Assembly: GCA_018831195.1 (NCBI GenBank) | Contig: JAHJDP010000042.1 | Coordinates: 292-64,291 of the forward strand | Length of the DNA: 64,000 nucleotides | From: Candidatus Eiseniibacteriota bacterium | GTDB taxonomy: Bacteria; Eisenbacteria; RBG-16-71-46; CAIMUX01; JAHJDP01 | Direction of reading: 5' to 3' | Part shown: piece by piece, positions 8,877 to 19,871 of the stretch | How the letters are laid out: each line of letters begins with the position of its first letter | Numbering within the stretch: position 1 is the stretch's first letter | The notes under the pieces: generated by a model | Databases searched by the model: none | What the model was told of the DNA's origin: nothing | Seen by the model: the letters and a program-made list of their open reading frames with translations, nothing else | Made by a program: the position numbers and the translations under genes

Positions 8877-10534
8877 GAATCCGGTTCTCCTTCAATCAAT
8901 GGATGGACATCATTCACGGCCGGATGACGCTCCTGCCGCGCGGGAAGGGTCACGGTCATCCGCGTTCCTCTTCCTGTCTCACTGTCGGCGCGCACCCAGC
9001 CGCTGTGATGCTCGGCCACGGAGCGGACGATGCTCAATCCCAATCCGACGCCCCCCGAACGGCCGGAGTAGAAAGGATCCCAAATATGAAGGAGCTCTTC
9101 CTGGCTGATGCCGGAACCTTCGTCGATGACCGAGATAACGAGATGATCCTTTTCAATTCCGGCTTGTACAAAGATTTTCTTCCCCTTCGGCGTCGCTTCC
9201 AAGGCATTGGAGAGCAGATTGTTCCAGATCATCGGTAAGCGGCCCGGATCAGCTTCGATTTCGATGCCATCGGCGCACTCCAAGCTTAGGGAGATACCCA
9301 ACGCCTCTGCTTCCGAGCTGAAGAGAGCCACACTCGATCTCAGGCTTTCGCTCACGTTCACTGATTCCAACTGAAGCTCACCGGATCTTGAGAAATCGAG
9401 AAAAGCGCCGACCATCTTTTCGAGTCGCGAGATCTCGGAGGTCACCAGGTTGTAGTAGCGGCCGAATTCCTTGGGTTCCCCGCCCCCGGCCCCCGGCCGA
9501 TCCTGCACACCGCCGGCCTCTATGACTTTGTCGCGCATATGCTGCATCGTCAGGAGGATGGTGTTGAGCGGATTGCGGATTTCGTGCGCGACACCCGCCG
9601 CCAAACGTCCGACGGCCGCGAGACGCTCGGCCTCCGCCAGGCGCTTTTCAACCTGCTGCGATTCCTTGAGGCGCCCGACCATCTCATTAAAAGAACCGGT
9701 CAATCTTCCGATCTCATCGGATCGCTTTGGGGTGATCAGTTGGTCGAGATCGCCGTCGACCACCCGGCCGAAGGAGGATTGCAGTGCTTTTATTGGACGG
9801 GTGAATTGTGCGGCGACCAGAAAGGCCCCCAAAATCCCGAGCCCGAGGATACTGACCAGCCAATAAAGGCCGCGCCATCGTGCTCGGCCGAGGTCTTCCG
9901 TCAAGTGGTTCAACGGGTATCTATACTGCAGTGAATAGAAGGCGCTGTCGGAATCGGAAACGTTCAATGGCAGATTGATAATGATGTCATGGCCGCCCTT
10001 TCCGCCTCCAGCGGTTTGAGGGGACGAAAGCGCGGGTGCGGCCGTAGCGCTCGAATCGCCGTGCGAGAAGCCAAGCGTGTCGAGTTTAACAATTAGAGTT
10101 CTAGGGGATCCCCAATCACCCTTTTTTCCAAGAGCGAGAGAGTCACAAACCGGGCCGGGCACCCAAAGGAGGCGGCGATTCTTTTCATCTGATTTGATGA
10201 ATCGGTCCCTTCGCAGAATCTTGCGGCTTGTCCCGAGGGTGTCATCCGCCACCCAGGCCAGAATTTTAACCTGAGCAACTGAATCAGCGGCTTGAAAAGC
10301 GGCGTCACAGATGAACTCCTCGACGATGGCGTCCAGGTTCGGCAATTCCCGATTCCGGGCCAGTTCATGAACTCTCTGTGCAAAAACGAGGGTCGTTTGA
10401 TCGAGTCCCGAACTCAATTCTGAAAGGCGGGCCAGAAGAACATGCTGCTCTCTCTGCATCAGCAGGTATTGCAGGACCATGACGGCGATCAGAATGATGA
10501 CCATCATTGTCGCCAATCTCAGTTTGAGAGTCAT
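8873..10534 (-). CDS. Sensor histidine kinase with a TM helix, HAMP domain, HisKA domain and HATPase domain.
   Basis: The H-box is AHEIRNPLN, the N-box is NLLSNALEAT, and the G-box reads VIDEGSGIS...GGVGLGLSIV. The likely start is the ATG at 10532-10534 (MTLKLRLATMMVIILIAVMV...). The six-frame ORF begins at a TTG at 10567. The gene forms an operon with the NtrC-like regulator. Confidence 0.85.
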   Translation of the reverse strand: MTLKLRLATMMVIILIAVMVLQYLLMQREQHVLLARLSELSSGLDQTTLVFAQRVHELARNRELPNLDAIVEEFICDAAFQAADSVAQVKILAWVADDTLGTSRKILRRDRFIKSDEKNRRLLWVPGPVCDSLALGKKGDWGSPRTLIVKLDTLGFSHGDSSATAAPALSSPQTAGGGKGGHDIIINLPLNVSDSDSAFYSLQYRYPLNHLTEDLGRARWRGLYWLVSILGLGILGAFLVAAQFTRPIKALQSSFGRVVDGDLDQLITPKRSDEIGRLTGSFNEMVGRLKESQQVEKRLAEAERLAAVGRLAAGVAHEIRNPLNTILLTMQHMRDKVIEAGGVQDRPGAGGGEPKEFGRYYNLVTSEISRLEKMVGAFLDFSRSGELQLESVNVSESLRSSVALFSSEAEALGISLSLECADGIEIEADPGRLPMIWNNLLSNALEATPKGKKIFVQAGIEKDHLVISVIDEGSGISQEELLHIWDPFYSGRSGGVGLGLSIVRSVAEHHSGWVRADSETGRGTRMTVTLPARQERHPAVNDVHPLIEGEPDS

Positions 10535-10942
10535 GCCGGATGGATCCTTCTTACCCTTGCATGCCAAGGTTCATCGGCCGGGATATCTTCAAGATGGTGA
10601 CGTGTTTCAAAGACACGTCTTCCGCATTCCATTCGCCGGACATCATCTTATCACCTTTATCTTCGGATGGAATAATCCTGAGCGGTCCGTTCCTCCCGGA
10701 TTTGATCCGATCCAACAAACCATGGAAATCTCTGCTTCATTTTCATGAAGGGGATAAAAGCAATCCCCATGCCTGGAATTACGCCGTTGTAACGGGTTTA
10801 TATCATGAGGGTTAGGTGTTGGCGGCATTCTTGGGGATGGGAGTTCTCCTCATATGAGCAGCCCAAATGGGGAGAACCTCCCGAGATAGACATGCAGAGG
10901 AACAAGAGGCCGTTCCTTGACCGGTCGCGCCGATGGTGGCAA

Positions 10943-10965
10943 TATGGTTCCATAATGGAACCATA
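10943..10965. promoter_or_regulatory. Perfect 23-bp palindrome (TATGGTTCCAT-A-ATGGAACCATA); probable operator for RHH-antitoxin autoregulation.
   Basis: The palindrome was read directly from the sequence. It ends 14 nt upstream of the GTG start of the RHH antitoxin gene, just before its AAGAGGAGAG RBS. Confidence 0.5.
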
Positions 10966-10978
10966 AGAGGAGAGTGCC

Positions 10979-11221
10979 GTGCCGAATATCACCATTAAGG
11001 GTCTTCCCGAAACGCTCTATCAGCGCTTGAAAAACCGAGCCCTCCGCCATCGGAGAAGCCTGAACAGTGAAGTCATCGTCTGTCTTGAACAAGCCGTCAA
11101 TGTGAGCCCGCTTGATCCAGAAGCCTGGCTTTCCAGCGCTGACCGATCCCGCAAGCGTTTTAACCTTACGCCATTGACGGAGAGTGATCTTAGAAAGGCG
11201 AAGGAAAAGGGTAGGCCATGA
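10979..11221 (+). CDS. vapB: Ribbon-helix-helix (Arc/FitA/VapB-like) antitoxin.
   Basis: The 80-aa product reads (M)PNITIKGLPETLYQRLKNRALRHRRSLNSEVIVCLEQAV. This is the typical RHH N-terminus of FitA/VapB-type antitoxins. Its stop overlaps the PIN gene start (ATGA). Confidence 0.7.
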   Translation: MPNITIKGLPETLYQRLKNRALRHRRSLNSEVIVCLEQAVNVSPLDPEAWLSSADRSRKRFNLTPLTESDLRKAKEKGRP

Positions 11222-11628
11222 TTGTTGTTGATACGAGTCAATTGGCGTACCTGCTGATAGGTGGGGCGGTAACAAAAGCAGCCCGGCAGGTCTTCCTAAT
11301 AGACCCTGAATGGGCTGCGCCGATTCTTTGGCGGAGCGAATTCCGAAATCTTCTGGCGCACTATCTTAGAAAGGGTGAGTTGAAACAATCTCAAGCCACA
11401 AAGTTACAGGAAAAAGCGGAAGAGCTTTTGGCTGGGAGGGAATATCTGAGCCGATCCGATCAGATTCTCCGTCTCGTTACAGAATCAACACTCTCCGCCT
11501 ATGACTGTGAGTGTGTCGCCTTGGCAAGGGAATTGCGGGTTCCATTGGTCACATCAGACAAAGCCATCCTTCGCGAATTTCCTGCCATTGCCATGCCACC
11601 GGAAGTTTTCGTGCAACGAGGCGCCTGA
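11218..11628 (+). CDS. vapC: PIN-domain ribonuclease toxin VapC.
   Basis: The product begins MIVVDTSQLAYLL (conserved Asp near the N-terminus) and contains ...DCECVALARELRVPLVTSDKAIL, the PIN acidic-residue pattern. It is translationally coupled to the upstream RHH gene. Confidence 0.8.
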   Translation: MIVVDTSQLAYLLIGGAVTKAARQVFLIDPEWAAPILWRSEFRNLLAHYLRKGELKQSQATKLQEKAEELLAGREYLSRSDQILRLVTESTLSAYDCECVALARELRVPLVTSDKAILREFPAIAMPPEVFVQRGA

Positions 11629-14328
<2,700 letters not shown>

Positions 14329-14352
14329 CTCATGATCGAGTCGTGAGATACC

Positions 14353-14416
14353 AGAAACTTCGATCTCTCGGTTCCCTGTGGGATACCAGAATATTCGATC
14401 TCTCTCAATAAGAACA
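14353..14416. repeat. Two copies of a ~28-bp direct repeat (25/28 identical, 35-bp period) in the clpB upstream region.
   Basis: The copies are GTGAGATACCAGAAACTTCGATCTCTCG (14353-14380) and GTGGGATACCAGAATATTCGATCTCTCT (14388-14415). Each unit contains GAGAT...ATCTC inverted arms. Confidence 0.6.
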
Positions 14417-14579
14417 CCACAGGAACACATTTCCCGGGCGGGTGTTCCATAATCGGCCTGGGGGTGATGACAAAGCTTTTAAATGGTCCCGCTGCTGGAT
14501 TATTCTATGCACGGGATTATCCTTCCGAGAGGGTCGGCATGTTCTTCGATCGTGTTTCCATCATAAGGGGGCAAAGCCT

Positions 14580-15260
14580 ATGACCTGCAACCGCTTTCCT
14601 GTGGCCCACCCGCGGCTTCAATCAGGCCGCGAAAATTCAAACCGGGCGCGAGGCCTTCTCATCCTAACCATTCTTGGGGTGGTCCTCTTTTCGGCCGGCT
14701 CTGCGGAGGTCCTCGCCAGCCCGCTGATCTATGCCTTCGATGCGGGGGGCGGTTTCTTCGTGCCTCTCGATAGCGGGAACCGCAGCGCCTATGGAACAGG
14801 AGCCGAGTTCAGCTTCGGTTTCTCACCGATGCTTTCCACATCGGGGACCTGGTTGATGTTTGAAGTCGGATATATGAAATCGGCCGGACACGAGTATTGG
14901 AACGATCCGACTTTTGAGATGCCGGAGGATAAGTACTGGCTTGTTCCGATTCGATTAGGAGTGCGCCGGGATGTCCTGGCGGAGTCGACCTCGTTTCCAA
15001 TCAAGTTCTGTCTCGGGGCCGGCTTCCAAACAATCTTGACCGGTTGGAAGGACGGCTACGGCACATCGTATAAGAGCCCGACCTTCGGTCTGCTTCTGGA
15101 GATCCGGCCGGAGCTCACGCTCAGCGGTCCTTGGGGTCTCTGGTTGAGTAACAGAATGACATTCCTCGGCGATGTCACCTACGAGGATAGCGACATTCCC
15201 GAGATCAATTACTCGGCCAACTCGTTGCAGATCGGCCTGAGTTACACCGTCCATCGTTAA
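14580..15260 (+). CDS. Small outer-membrane β-barrel protein (OmpW/OmpA-β-barrel-like), with a signal peptide.
   Basis: The ATG at 14580 has an AAGGGGG RBS. The signal peptide is ...ARGLLILTILGVVLFSAGSAEVLA. Alternating hydrophobic β-strand patterning is visible, and the C-terminus ends ...LQIGLSYTVHR. The six-frame ORF starts 138 nt earlier, but that extension has no signal-peptide logic. Confidence 0.5.
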   Translation: MTCNRFPVAHPRLQSGRENSNRARGLLILTILGVVLFSAGSAEVLASPLIYAFDAGGGFFVPLDSGNRSAYGTGAEFSFGFSPMLSTSGTWLMFEVGYMKSAGHEYWNDPTFEMPEDKYWLVPIRLGVRRDVLAESTSFPIKFCLGAGFQTILTGWKDGYGTSYKSPTFGLLLEIRPELTLSGPWGLWLSNRMTFLGDVTYEDSDIPEINYSANSLQIGLSYTVHR

Positions 15261-15275
15261 ACCGGGGGTGAACCG

Positions 15276-16349
15276 ATGAGATTCAATAGATTCGATGCCA
15301 AAAATACGGGTCAGCTCCGTCGCCGGATTCTATCGATGGCTCTGCCGGTGATTCTTCTCGGCGCCTGCATCTCGCCGTCCTTGGCCTTTGTGGGCTGCGT
15401 CCCTTGTGATGGGTGCTGGATTCAATCGGAAGGTCAGATGGTCCTCACGATCATGGACCGTGAGGAAGGCCTCGTTCGAATGATCCCCAATATCCGCTTT
15501 ACCTGGGGCGCCGCAACCTTTGCTCTGATTGTGCCGACACCCTCGCTGCCTGAATTGGATCTGGCGCCGGCCAGCCTGTGGTGGAACGCCACCGATATGA
15601 CCCGTTCTACATATTCCAAACGGGATTGGGGGTCGGGCGGTCTGGGGTGCAGTGAAAATGCCTGGGACACGCAGGCGGGTTATGCGACGGAGGACGAGAT
15701 CATCTACAGCCAGCAGACCATCGGAAATCTTGAGGCGACGATCCTCTCCAGCGATAACCCCGACACCCTCGTCGCGTGGCTTCGTGACAACGGTTTTGAG
15801 CTTTCCCATAGCGACGCCGAGAAGTTCGCTCCCTATGTCGAAAGGGGTTGGTTTTTCACGGTCCTGCGACCCGATACCACGCAGCCGGGGTATGAACCGC
15901 CGGATTGGAGATGGGACGCGAATATCGCGCCGATCGCTTTCACCTATTCCGCCGACAGCTTTGAACTGCCGCTGCCGATTCTTGCCATCAATCGGGCCTG
16001 GTCTTTCCCGGTCGCGGTCTTTGTCGTGGACGACCACCGGATGAATCTGCAGGGATTCCAGACCCTCTACGCCAACCGGATCACAGAGGATGAGTATGCT
16101 GCGATAGGTGTCACCTATCCCTCTCTCGCCGCGTTCCTCGCGCCGGGCCGTTTTTTCACCCGGCTTGATCGAACATTTTCGGCCAATGATCCCATGTCGG
16201 AACCTTTGCTTCTCGGACCGGCATCCAATGATGATGAGTTTCGACGCCACGGCGGTGTCTACTGGGGCGGCATCCCGATCGCCTGGATCCTGGTCGCCGC
16301 CCTGCCGGTCAAACAGTGGATCCAGCGCCGGAGAAGACGACTCATATGA
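15276..16349 (+). CDS. Hypothetical secreted protein (possible lipoprotein) with a C-terminal TM anchor and a poly-Arg tail.
   Basis: A GGGGGTG RBS precedes the ATG at 15276. The n-region is followed by the lipobox-like LLGAC. The protein ends ...GGIPIAWILVAALPVKQWIQRRRRRLI. I recognise no domain. Confidence 0.4.
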   Translation: MRFNRFDAKNTGQLRRRILSMALPVILLGACISPSLAFVGCVPCDGCWIQSEGQMVLTIMDREEGLVRMIPNIRFTWGAATFALIVPTPSLPELDLAPASLWWNATDMTRSTYSKRDWGSGGLGCSENAWDTQAGYATEDEIIYSQQTIGNLEATILSSDNPDTLVAWLRDNGFELSHSDAEKFAPYVERGWFFTVLRPDTTQPGYEPPDWRWDANIAPIAFTYSADSFELPLPILAINRAWSFPVAVFVVDDHRMNLQGFQTLYANRITEDEYAAIGVTYPSLAAFLAPGRFFTRLDRTFSANDPMSEPLLLGPASNDDEFRRHGGVYWGGIPIAWILVAALPVKQWIQRRRRRLI

Positions 16350-16900
16350 CATTGAGGGCAAAGAGGGTTCTGGTTCCGATGGCCCGCGGCGTCGAAGAGA
16401 TCGAAGCGGTCGCTGTTATCGATATCCTCATGCGCGCCGGCTGCCATGTCGTGACGGCCAGCGTCGGTGATACCCATATCACCGGCTCGCATGGGATTCG
16501 TCTCGGCGCCGACCGCCGGTTAACCGAGGTCTTGCAGGAGTCGTGGGACCTCGTGGTGATCCCCGGCGGAATGGAAAATGTTAAAATCCTGCGAGCCGAT
16601 CCCGACCTGCGCGCGCTGCTGCGTGAGCGGGCGGCGCAACATCACGATGTCGCCGCCATCTGCGCCGGACCGCTGGTTCTCCTTGATGCGGGTCTTCTGA
16701 AAGATCGGCGGATCACCTGCCATGCCGCGGTGGAAGAGGAGCTCGGGGGAGTCAGGATAGTACAGCTTCCCGTCGTGGAGGACGGTTCCCTCATCACCAG
16801 CAGGGGACCCGGCACCGCCGTTGAGTTCGCTCTTCGCCTCGTTCGCCGGCTTGCCGGCCCCATGGTGGAGGAAGAGGTGCGGCGGCAGATTCATGCTTAG
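16346..16900 (+). CDS. DJ-1/PfpI (ThiJ) family protein, a class I glutamine amidotransferase-like fold.
   Basis: The product reads KRVLVPMARGVEEIEAVAVIDILMRAG...DLVVIPGGMENV...AAICAGPLVLLDAGLL, with the conserved Cys nucleophile elbow AICAGP. The start ATG at 16346 overlaps the upstream stop codon (ATGA). Confidence 0.8.
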   Translation: MTLRAKRVLVPMARGVEEIEAVAVIDILMRAGCHVVTASVGDTHITGSHGIRLGADRRLTEVLQESWDLVVIPGGMENVKILRADPDLRALLRERAAQHHDVAAICAGPLVLLDAGLLKDRRITCHAAVEEELGGVRIVQLPVVEDGSLITSRGPGTAVEFALRLVRRLAGPMVEEEVRRQIHA

Positions 16901-16935
16901 GGGCTGGGGGGGGGATTTTGGAATTGTTTCATAAG

Positions 16936-19173
16936 ATGGCGGCATCCGGCCGGAAGCAGCTTCTCGAAAGCGAGGTTTATTCACTCCTTGACGGATTGGG
17001 AATCACGCCGGCCGCACACTTCACCTGGCATCCATCAACCGATCTGATCCAGCTTTCGAAATCCCCCAAAACGGCCGCCATGGAGAAGGCCTTGGCCGCC
17101 CTCCCCGGGAACCAGGCCGTCATCAAGATTCAGTCCCCGGATATCCTTCACAAAACCGAAGCGGGCGGGATCGCCGTCTGCCCCAAAGATCCCAAAACGG
17201 TGCGATCGGTCGGGCGGGCGATGTGGGATCACATCTCCAAGACCTCTTCAACCGCCGCCTTGATCAATCTTCTCATTGTTGAAAAGGTCGAATTCAATCG
17301 CGATCTCGGCCACGAACTCCTCCTGGGATGGCGTTGGGATCGCGCTTTCGGTCCAACGATCGTTCTGGGCCCGGGCGGCCTCCTAACCGAGTGGTTCGAC
17401 TCGGTCTCGGGGGGATCGACGCTCTCGATTTTCTCGGCCGATACGTTTGATCGAGAGGCGATCCGCGGACGGCTCCTTGAGCACGCCGCGATGAAGGTCT
17501 TCTGCTCCCCCTCGCGGTTGTACAAAAAGCCGCCGATCCCCATCGAGCCTCTTTTGGATCTCCTTGAGAAACTGGTCCCATTGGGCGCCGCGGTCGATTC
17601 AGCCGATGACGGATGGTCGCTCGCCGAGCTGGAAATCAATCCGTTGGTCGTGACCGCCTGCGGCCGGATCCTCCCCCTCGACGGCGTGGCTCGAATAGAT
17701 CAACAGAAGCCGCTGCCGCCGGCCCGCCCGTTGAGCAAGGTCAAGAATCTGCTCTATCCCAAGAGCGCCGTTGTTCTCGGCGTTTCGTCAAAGGGATTGA
17801 ATCCGGGCCGCTTTATCCTCCGCAATCTGATCGCGGGGGAGGGGATAGAGAATAGCAAGTTATACACTCTGCATCCATCCGAGCAGGAAATTGACGGGAT
17901 TCCCTGTTACCCTACGGTCGCCGATCTCCCCGAAAAGGTCGATATGTCGGTCGTTTCGGTTCCGGCCGAGGGGGCGGTGGAGATGATCCGCGATCTGACC
18001 GAGCAGGAGAAAACCGAATCGATCATTCTGATTCCCGGCGGGTTCAACGAACGGGGGCGGGAGGATCTCGCCGACGCCATCAAGCAGATCCTGCGCGATT
18101 CACGCCGCCGGCCTGACAAAGGGCCGGTCATGATCGGCGGGAATTGCCTGGGAATTGTCTCACGCGATCAGTACAACACCTTCTTTCTTCCCGAATATAA
18201 GCTGCCGTACCGGGGCGGACGGGGCAAGAACCTCGCCGTCATCAGCCAAAGCGGCGCCTATCTTGTGACCTTTTCCAGCAATTTCGATGGGATCATCTTC
18301 CCCAAGGCGAACATTTCGTATGGAAACGAGATGGATCTCACCGCCGCTGATCTGCTCGAGTATTACCTCGAGTATGAACCTGAAGTCCGTACCCTGGCCT
18401 GCTATGTCGAGGGTTTTCAACCAGGCGATGGGCGGCGATATCTCAGGTTGGCCCGCCGTCTTCACGAAGCGGGACGCACGCTTATCCTCTTCAAGGTCGG
18501 CCGGACGCCCCTTGGCGCCAAGGCGGCGCAGAGCCACACGGCAAGTATGGCGGGGGATTACAAGATCGCCGGGACACTTCTCAAGGCCGAGGGTGTCGTG
18601 ATGGCCGAGACGCTGAACGAATACGAAGACGCCGTGCAAATCTTCACCCTTTTAGAGGATCGTCGGCCGAAGGGGCGGAAGGTGGGCGTGATCTCGAATG
18701 CCGGTTTCGAGTGCTCCTCGGTCATGGATCATTTCTATGATATGGAGGCGGCGGAATTTTCGAATAAAACGGTGAAGAGAATCGAAGAGCACCTTCCCGA
18801 TATCGCCCATTGTAAAAATCCGGTCGATGCCACACCGATGGCGGCGACGCCGGCCTTCCTGGGCGCCGTGGAAGCGATGATCGAGGATGGAGGCGTCGAC
18901 GCCCTGATTGTTTCGGCCGTTCCCGTCACACCGGCCCTGGACACGCTGGCGCCTCATCCCGGAGGGGGGCACCCTGAGGATATCACTCAGGAAAAGTCGT
19001 ACCCACAGGGATTGATCCGGCTCTTTAAAAAGACAAACAAACCGATGGTCTTCACCGTTGATGCGGGGGAATTGTACGATCCGATGGTGAAGATGATGCA
19101 AGCAGCGGGGCTTCCCGTTTACCGCAAGATCGACCGGGCAAGCCGGGCGCTGGCGGCTTTTTGCCGGAGATGA
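16936..19173 (+). CDS. Acyl-CoA synthetase (NDP-forming) / acetate--CoA ligase (ADP-forming) family protein, with an ATP-grasp domain followed by CoA-binding and ligase-CoA domains.
   Basis: The ATP-grasp_5-like N-terminus reads AVIKIQSPDILHKTEAGGIAVCPK. The CoA-binding Rossmann segment KSAVVLGVSSKGLNPGRFILRNL and the VISQSGA motif lie downstream. This domain order (β-like then α-like) is permuted relative to the canonical α-β fusions. The start could be either the ATG at 16936 or the TTG at 16918. Confidence 0.65.
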   Translation: MAASGRKQLLESEVYSLLDGLGITPAAHFTWHPSTDLIQLSKSPKTAAMEKALAALPGNQAVIKIQSPDILHKTEAGGIAVCPKDPKTVRSVGRAMWDHISKTSSTAALINLLIVEKVEFNRDLGHELLLGWRWDRAFGPTIVLGPGGLLTEWFDSVSGGSTLSIFSADTFDREAIRGRLLEHAAMKVFCSPSRLYKKPPIPIEPLLDLLEKLVPLGAAVDSADDGWSLAELEINPLVVTACGRILPLDGVARIDQQKPLPPARPLSKVKNLLYPKSAVVLGVSSKGLNPGRFILRNLIAGEGIENSKLYTLHPSEQEIDGIPCYPTVADLPEKVDMSVVSVPAEGAVEMIRDLTEQEKTESIILIPGGFNERGREDLADAIKQILRDSRRRPDKGPVMIGGNCLGIVSRDQYNTFFLPEYKLPYRGGRGKNLAVISQSGAYLVTFSSNFDGIIFPKANISYGNEMDLTAADLLEYYLEYEPEVRTLACYVEGFQPGDGRRYLRLARRLHEAGRTLILFKVGRTPLGAKAAQSHTASMAGDYKIAGTLLKAEGVVMAETLNEYEDAVQIFTLLEDRRPKGRKVGVISNAGFECSSVMDHFYDMEAAEFSNKTVKRIEEHLPDIAHCKNPVDATPMAATPAFLGAVEAMIEDGGVDALIVSAVPVTPALDTLAPHPGGGHPEDITQEKSYPQGLIRLFKKTNKPMVFTVDAGELYDPMVKMMQAAGLPVYRKIDRASRALAAFCRR

Positions 19174-19227
19174 AGCTCGGCCGGATACCACGGTCCCCCG
19201 GCCGGACGGATTCTTTTTCGCACAGGA

Positions 19228-19262
19228 GCCAGGCAAAGAAAAACGGCCGAGAATCGATCCCG
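19228..19262. terminator. Bidirectional intrinsic terminator between the convergent acyl-CoA synthetase and fumarase genes.
   Basis: The hairpin CGGCCGAGAATCGATCCCGGCCG is flanked by A-rich sequence upstream and TTTAACAAT downstream. On the minus strand it is followed by TTTTTCTTTG. Confidence 0.55.
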
Positions 19263-19292
19263 GCCGTTTAACAATGCTCTTACCTTCAGAGA

Positions 19293-19871
19293 CTAAAACA
19301 AACTCTCCAGCTTCTGCCTCGAGATGCCCTCCACCTCCTCATGAAGGCTGTCGCCGTGCGCATCCATCGTGACGACGGCGGGGAATTTGTCGGCGACGAG
19401 ATGCCAGATCGCCTCGGGGCTGCCGAATTTCTCCAGAAAATCAACCTTGTCGACCCGCACAATCCGCTCGGCAAGCACCTGCGCGGCGCCGCCGATCGCA
19501 TGCAGATAGACACAACCATGTTCCCGGCAGGCGTCGAGTGTCTTCTTACCCATCCCGCCCTTGCCGATCACACCGCGGATATTGAATTTGCGGATCAAAT
19601 CTCCCTGATACGGCTCCTCGCGGATACTGGTCGTCGGCCCCGCGGCCTTAACGACCCAGACGCCGTTTTCCTGCACCATCACCGGCCCGCAGTGATAGAT
19701 GATAGAGCCGTTCAGATCGACGGGGCTCTCGCCGCCGTCATGCAGATATTTGTGCACCGCATCCCGTCCGGTATAGATCATGCCGGTGATCTCAACAACA
19801 TCGCCGCGGCGGAGGTTGCGGACATCGCTCTCACTGAGCGGGGTCTGTAATTGAATCGCTTGCCCCTTCAT
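19293..19871 (-). CDS. Class I (Fe-S) fumarate hydratase/tartrate dehydratase-type hydro-lyase, β subunit.
   Basis: The product reads MKGQAIQLQTPLSESDVRNLRRGDVVEITGMIYTGRDAVHKYL...GVIGKGGMGKKTLDACREHGCVYLHAIGGAAQVLA, which matches the FumA/TtdB C-terminal-domain pattern. The ATG (19869-19871) overlaps the α-subunit stop codon (ATGA), and an AAGGAGG RBS sits inside the α gene. The six-frame ORF to 20375 is an out-of-frame read-through artefact. Confidence 0.85.
   Translation of the reverse strand: MKGQAIQLQTPLSESDVRNLRRGDVVEITGMIYTGRDAVHKYLHDGGESPVDLNGSIIYHCGPVMVQENGVWVVKAAGPTTSIREEPYQGDLIRKFNIRGVIGKGGMGKKTLDACREHGCVYLHAIGGAAQVLAERIVRVDKVDFLEKFGSPEAIWHLVADKFPAVVTMDAHGDSLHEEVEGISRQKLESLF

Noticed and set aside
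10598-10618. Inverted repeat GACGTGT-TTCAAAG-ACACGTC just upstream of the histidine-kinase start
   Set aside because: It is a short 7-bp-arm palindrome in a 410-bp intergenic region. It could be an operator, but it has no T-run and no second copy. There is too little evidence to call it.
14430-14442. Long N-terminal extensions given by the ORF track for clpB (start 14430), the OmpW-like gene (start 14442), top6B (24673), the TPR protein (4288), the GNAT (42272), lat (48448) and thiG (43686)
   Set aside because: In each case conserved-family N-termini, signal-peptide logic and RBS placement support an internal start. The extensions are Arg/Cys/Trp-rich nonsense, as is typical of high-GC intergenic read-through.
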